Made by a program: the position numbers and the translations under genes. From IMG/VR virus record IMGVR_UViG_3300017761_003339, positions 1 through 46,729 of that record: a stretch of 46,729 nucleotides of DNA; one strand, 5' to 3'. The stretch comes from a virus (taxonomy: Duplodnaviria > Caudoviricetes). The notes beneath the pieces are model-generated. The model was not told the DNA's origin. It saw only the letters and a program-made list of their open reading frames with translations, and searched no databases. Positions 45,528-46,729 of this stretch are shown here, piece after piece (the stretch's first letter is position 1; every line of letters starts with the position of its first letter).

Positions 45528-45795
45528 GGCCAACCCTTCGTGGCGGTTCAACGAAACCTTAATCGAGGCATTCGATAATTTGAATGCTCCTACCTCTAAA
45601 CGATTTCAACCACCTACTCTGAATGATGTATGGCTTGAACTACAAAGACTCAAGGTCCGACATCCTATGGAACAAGGCGAAAAGTTTTGGAACTTTTATG
45701 AATCTAAGAATTGGATGATTGGAAAAAACAAGATGAAGAATTGGAAAGCTGCAATAAAAACTTGGAACTTTGAGAAAGATAATCTTATTATATGA
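45484..45795 (+). CDS. Replication-initiator C-terminal-like domain protein
   Basis: FQPPTL, F.NFYESK.W.IGKNKMKNWKAA..TW. Confidence 0.6.
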   Translation: MSKEIQILLNYLLDKANPSWRFNETLIEAFDNLNAPTSKRFQPPTLNDVWLELQRLKVRHPMEQGEKFWNFYESKNWMIGKNKMKNWKAAIKTWNFEKDNLII

Positions 45796-45914
45796 AGAAG
45801 TTTTTACGCTCTATCGCATTGATAGTTTGGGTGTTATACATCATAGTAATGATGCTCGCAGCAATCTTGTCGATACTTTATATCGATCATATCATCGAAC
45901 ACCCCAATCAATAA
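45792..45914 (+). CDS. Small single-pass membrane protein (40 aa)
   Basis: Missing from the ORF track; ATGA-coupled; MKKFLRSIALIVWVLYIIVMMLAAILSILYIDHIIEHPNQ. Confidence 0.55.
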   Translation: MKKFLRSIALIVWVLYIIVMMLAAILSILYIDHIIEHPNQ

Positions 45915-45967
45915 CTTGGAATTTTAAAAATAAATATATATTATTGTAACCCTTTATAACAAATTAT

Positions 45968-46462
45968 ATGAATTACTATTTGGACTCAGACCTTAATTTA
46001 ATCCCCCGACCTAAGAAACCTTGGGGGAAAATACTAATTGTACTCTTGATGTTATCAATTGTATACTTATTGGTGAAATTACTTACAACTACACCAACTT
46101 TTAAAGTTGTGTATAAATATATTCACCCTACAGAACAGCAAGATATTGAATTGTCTGAAGAGGCAATTGTTAAATGTTTGCACGACAACGGTTGCGTTCT
46201 AGCCAATGTGGCTGTGGCCCAGGCGAGATTAGAATCAAATCTTGGAAAAAGCAATGTAGGAAAGCAAGCCAAGAATATGTTCGGCATCACTCATCACAAA
46301 TGCAAATATGTTTCTGGTAAACACGGGGTGTACGCCAAGTATAAAACATATGAGGATAATATTAAATGCTACATTCACATTCAAGATCGATATTTGCAGA
46401 ACATCAACGGTGTGTATGCAACTGATCCAACTTACATTACTAAAATAAAAGAACAGAAATGA
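45968..46462 (+). CDS. Membrane-anchored glucosaminidase (GH73-like) peptidoglycan hydrolase
   Basis: N-terminal transmembrane segment; AQARLES, NMFGI, YATDP.Y. Confidence 0.8.
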   Translation: MNYYLDSDLNLIPRPKKPWGKILIVLLMLSIVYLLVKLLTTTPTFKVVYKYIHPTEQQDIELSEEAIVKCLHDNGCVLANVAVAQARLESNLGKSNVGKQAKNMFGITHHKCKYVSGKHGVYAKYKTYEDNIKCYIHIQDRYLQNINGVYATDPTYITKIKEQK

Positions 46463-46635
46463 CAAACAATAAACAACAAACGACAGTTGAGTGGTTCCTT
46501 GAACAACTTGAAATGATTAATAAAATATATCATTTTGAAAGTGTTGAGTATTTCAAGGCAAGACAAAAGGTATTTGAAAAAGCCATAAAGATGTACAACG
46601 AAGCATACGGAAATGACAAACAATAAACAACAAAC
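46456..46635 (+). repeat. 26-bp direct repeat at two consecutive gene starts
   Basis: GAAATGACAAACAATAAACAACAAAC at 46456-46481 and 46610-46635. Confidence 0.9.
46459..46626 (+). CDS. Small hypothetical protein (QT.VEW type)
   Basis: Missing from the ORF track; 55 aa, MTNNKQQTTVEWFLEQL... Confidence 0.65.
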   Translation: MTNNKQQTTVEWFLEQLEMINKIYHFESVEYFKARQKVFEKAIKMYNEAYGNDKQ

Positions 46636-46729
46636 TTACACTATTGAACAAATAGCCAAGCAAAACAACATTGCTTTGTATTTGAACGCCAAAGGTGAAG
46701 ATAACACTGGGTTTTCATCTCGTGGAAAT
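46613..46729 (+). CDS. Hypothetical protein, partial
   Basis: MTNNKQQTYTIEQIAK... open to the end of the window. Confidence 0.55.
   Translation, partial: MTNNKQQTYTIEQIAKQNNIALYLNAKGEDNTGFSSRGN

Noticed and set aside
1-46729. Stop-codon reassignment or a diversity-generating retroelement, as found in some crAss-like phages
   Set aside because: Genes are intact and densely packed under the standard code, and no reverse transcriptase or TR/VR pair was seen

Overview
This window is a segment of a tailed dsDNA phage genome with a crAss-like podovirus virion module. The host is most likely a Bacteroidota, inferred from repeated TAnnTTTG promoter elements and A-rich starts without Shine-Dalgarno sequences. 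Positions 1-29.1 kb (minus strand) hold portal, scaffold-like protein, major capsid, auxiliary capsid, three ring proteins, muzzle/stabilization protein, three ejected cargo proteins, fibres and an amidase. Positions 29.4-34.2 kb hold a RusA-like resolvase, HTH proteins, an SSB-like protein, a YqaJ exonuclease, an HNH-like protein, a C5 methyltransferase with an overlapping partner gene and a GroES-like protein. Positions 34.2-35.7 kb are a highly patterned non-coding region, probably the genome end or junction. Positions 35.7-46.7 kb (plus strand) are an array of small early genes. The main observations are: (1) the 3093-aa cargo protein shows no RNA polymerase motif and looks like a polyvalent protein (HExxH peptidase, SAM methyltransferase, kinase-like domain), with modules delimited by a thrice-repeated F[IL]NK[SG]Q[LK] motif and a nested 42-aa basic gene inside it; (2) a strongly over-represented, polarised 10-mer TCTGAGNCCC; (3) two tRNA-like acceptor/T-arm elements directly upstream of the first early genes; (4) a C5 methyltransferase split across two overlapping reading frames; (5) apparently leaderless late transcripts. 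All calls come from reading motifs by eye; no searches were run.
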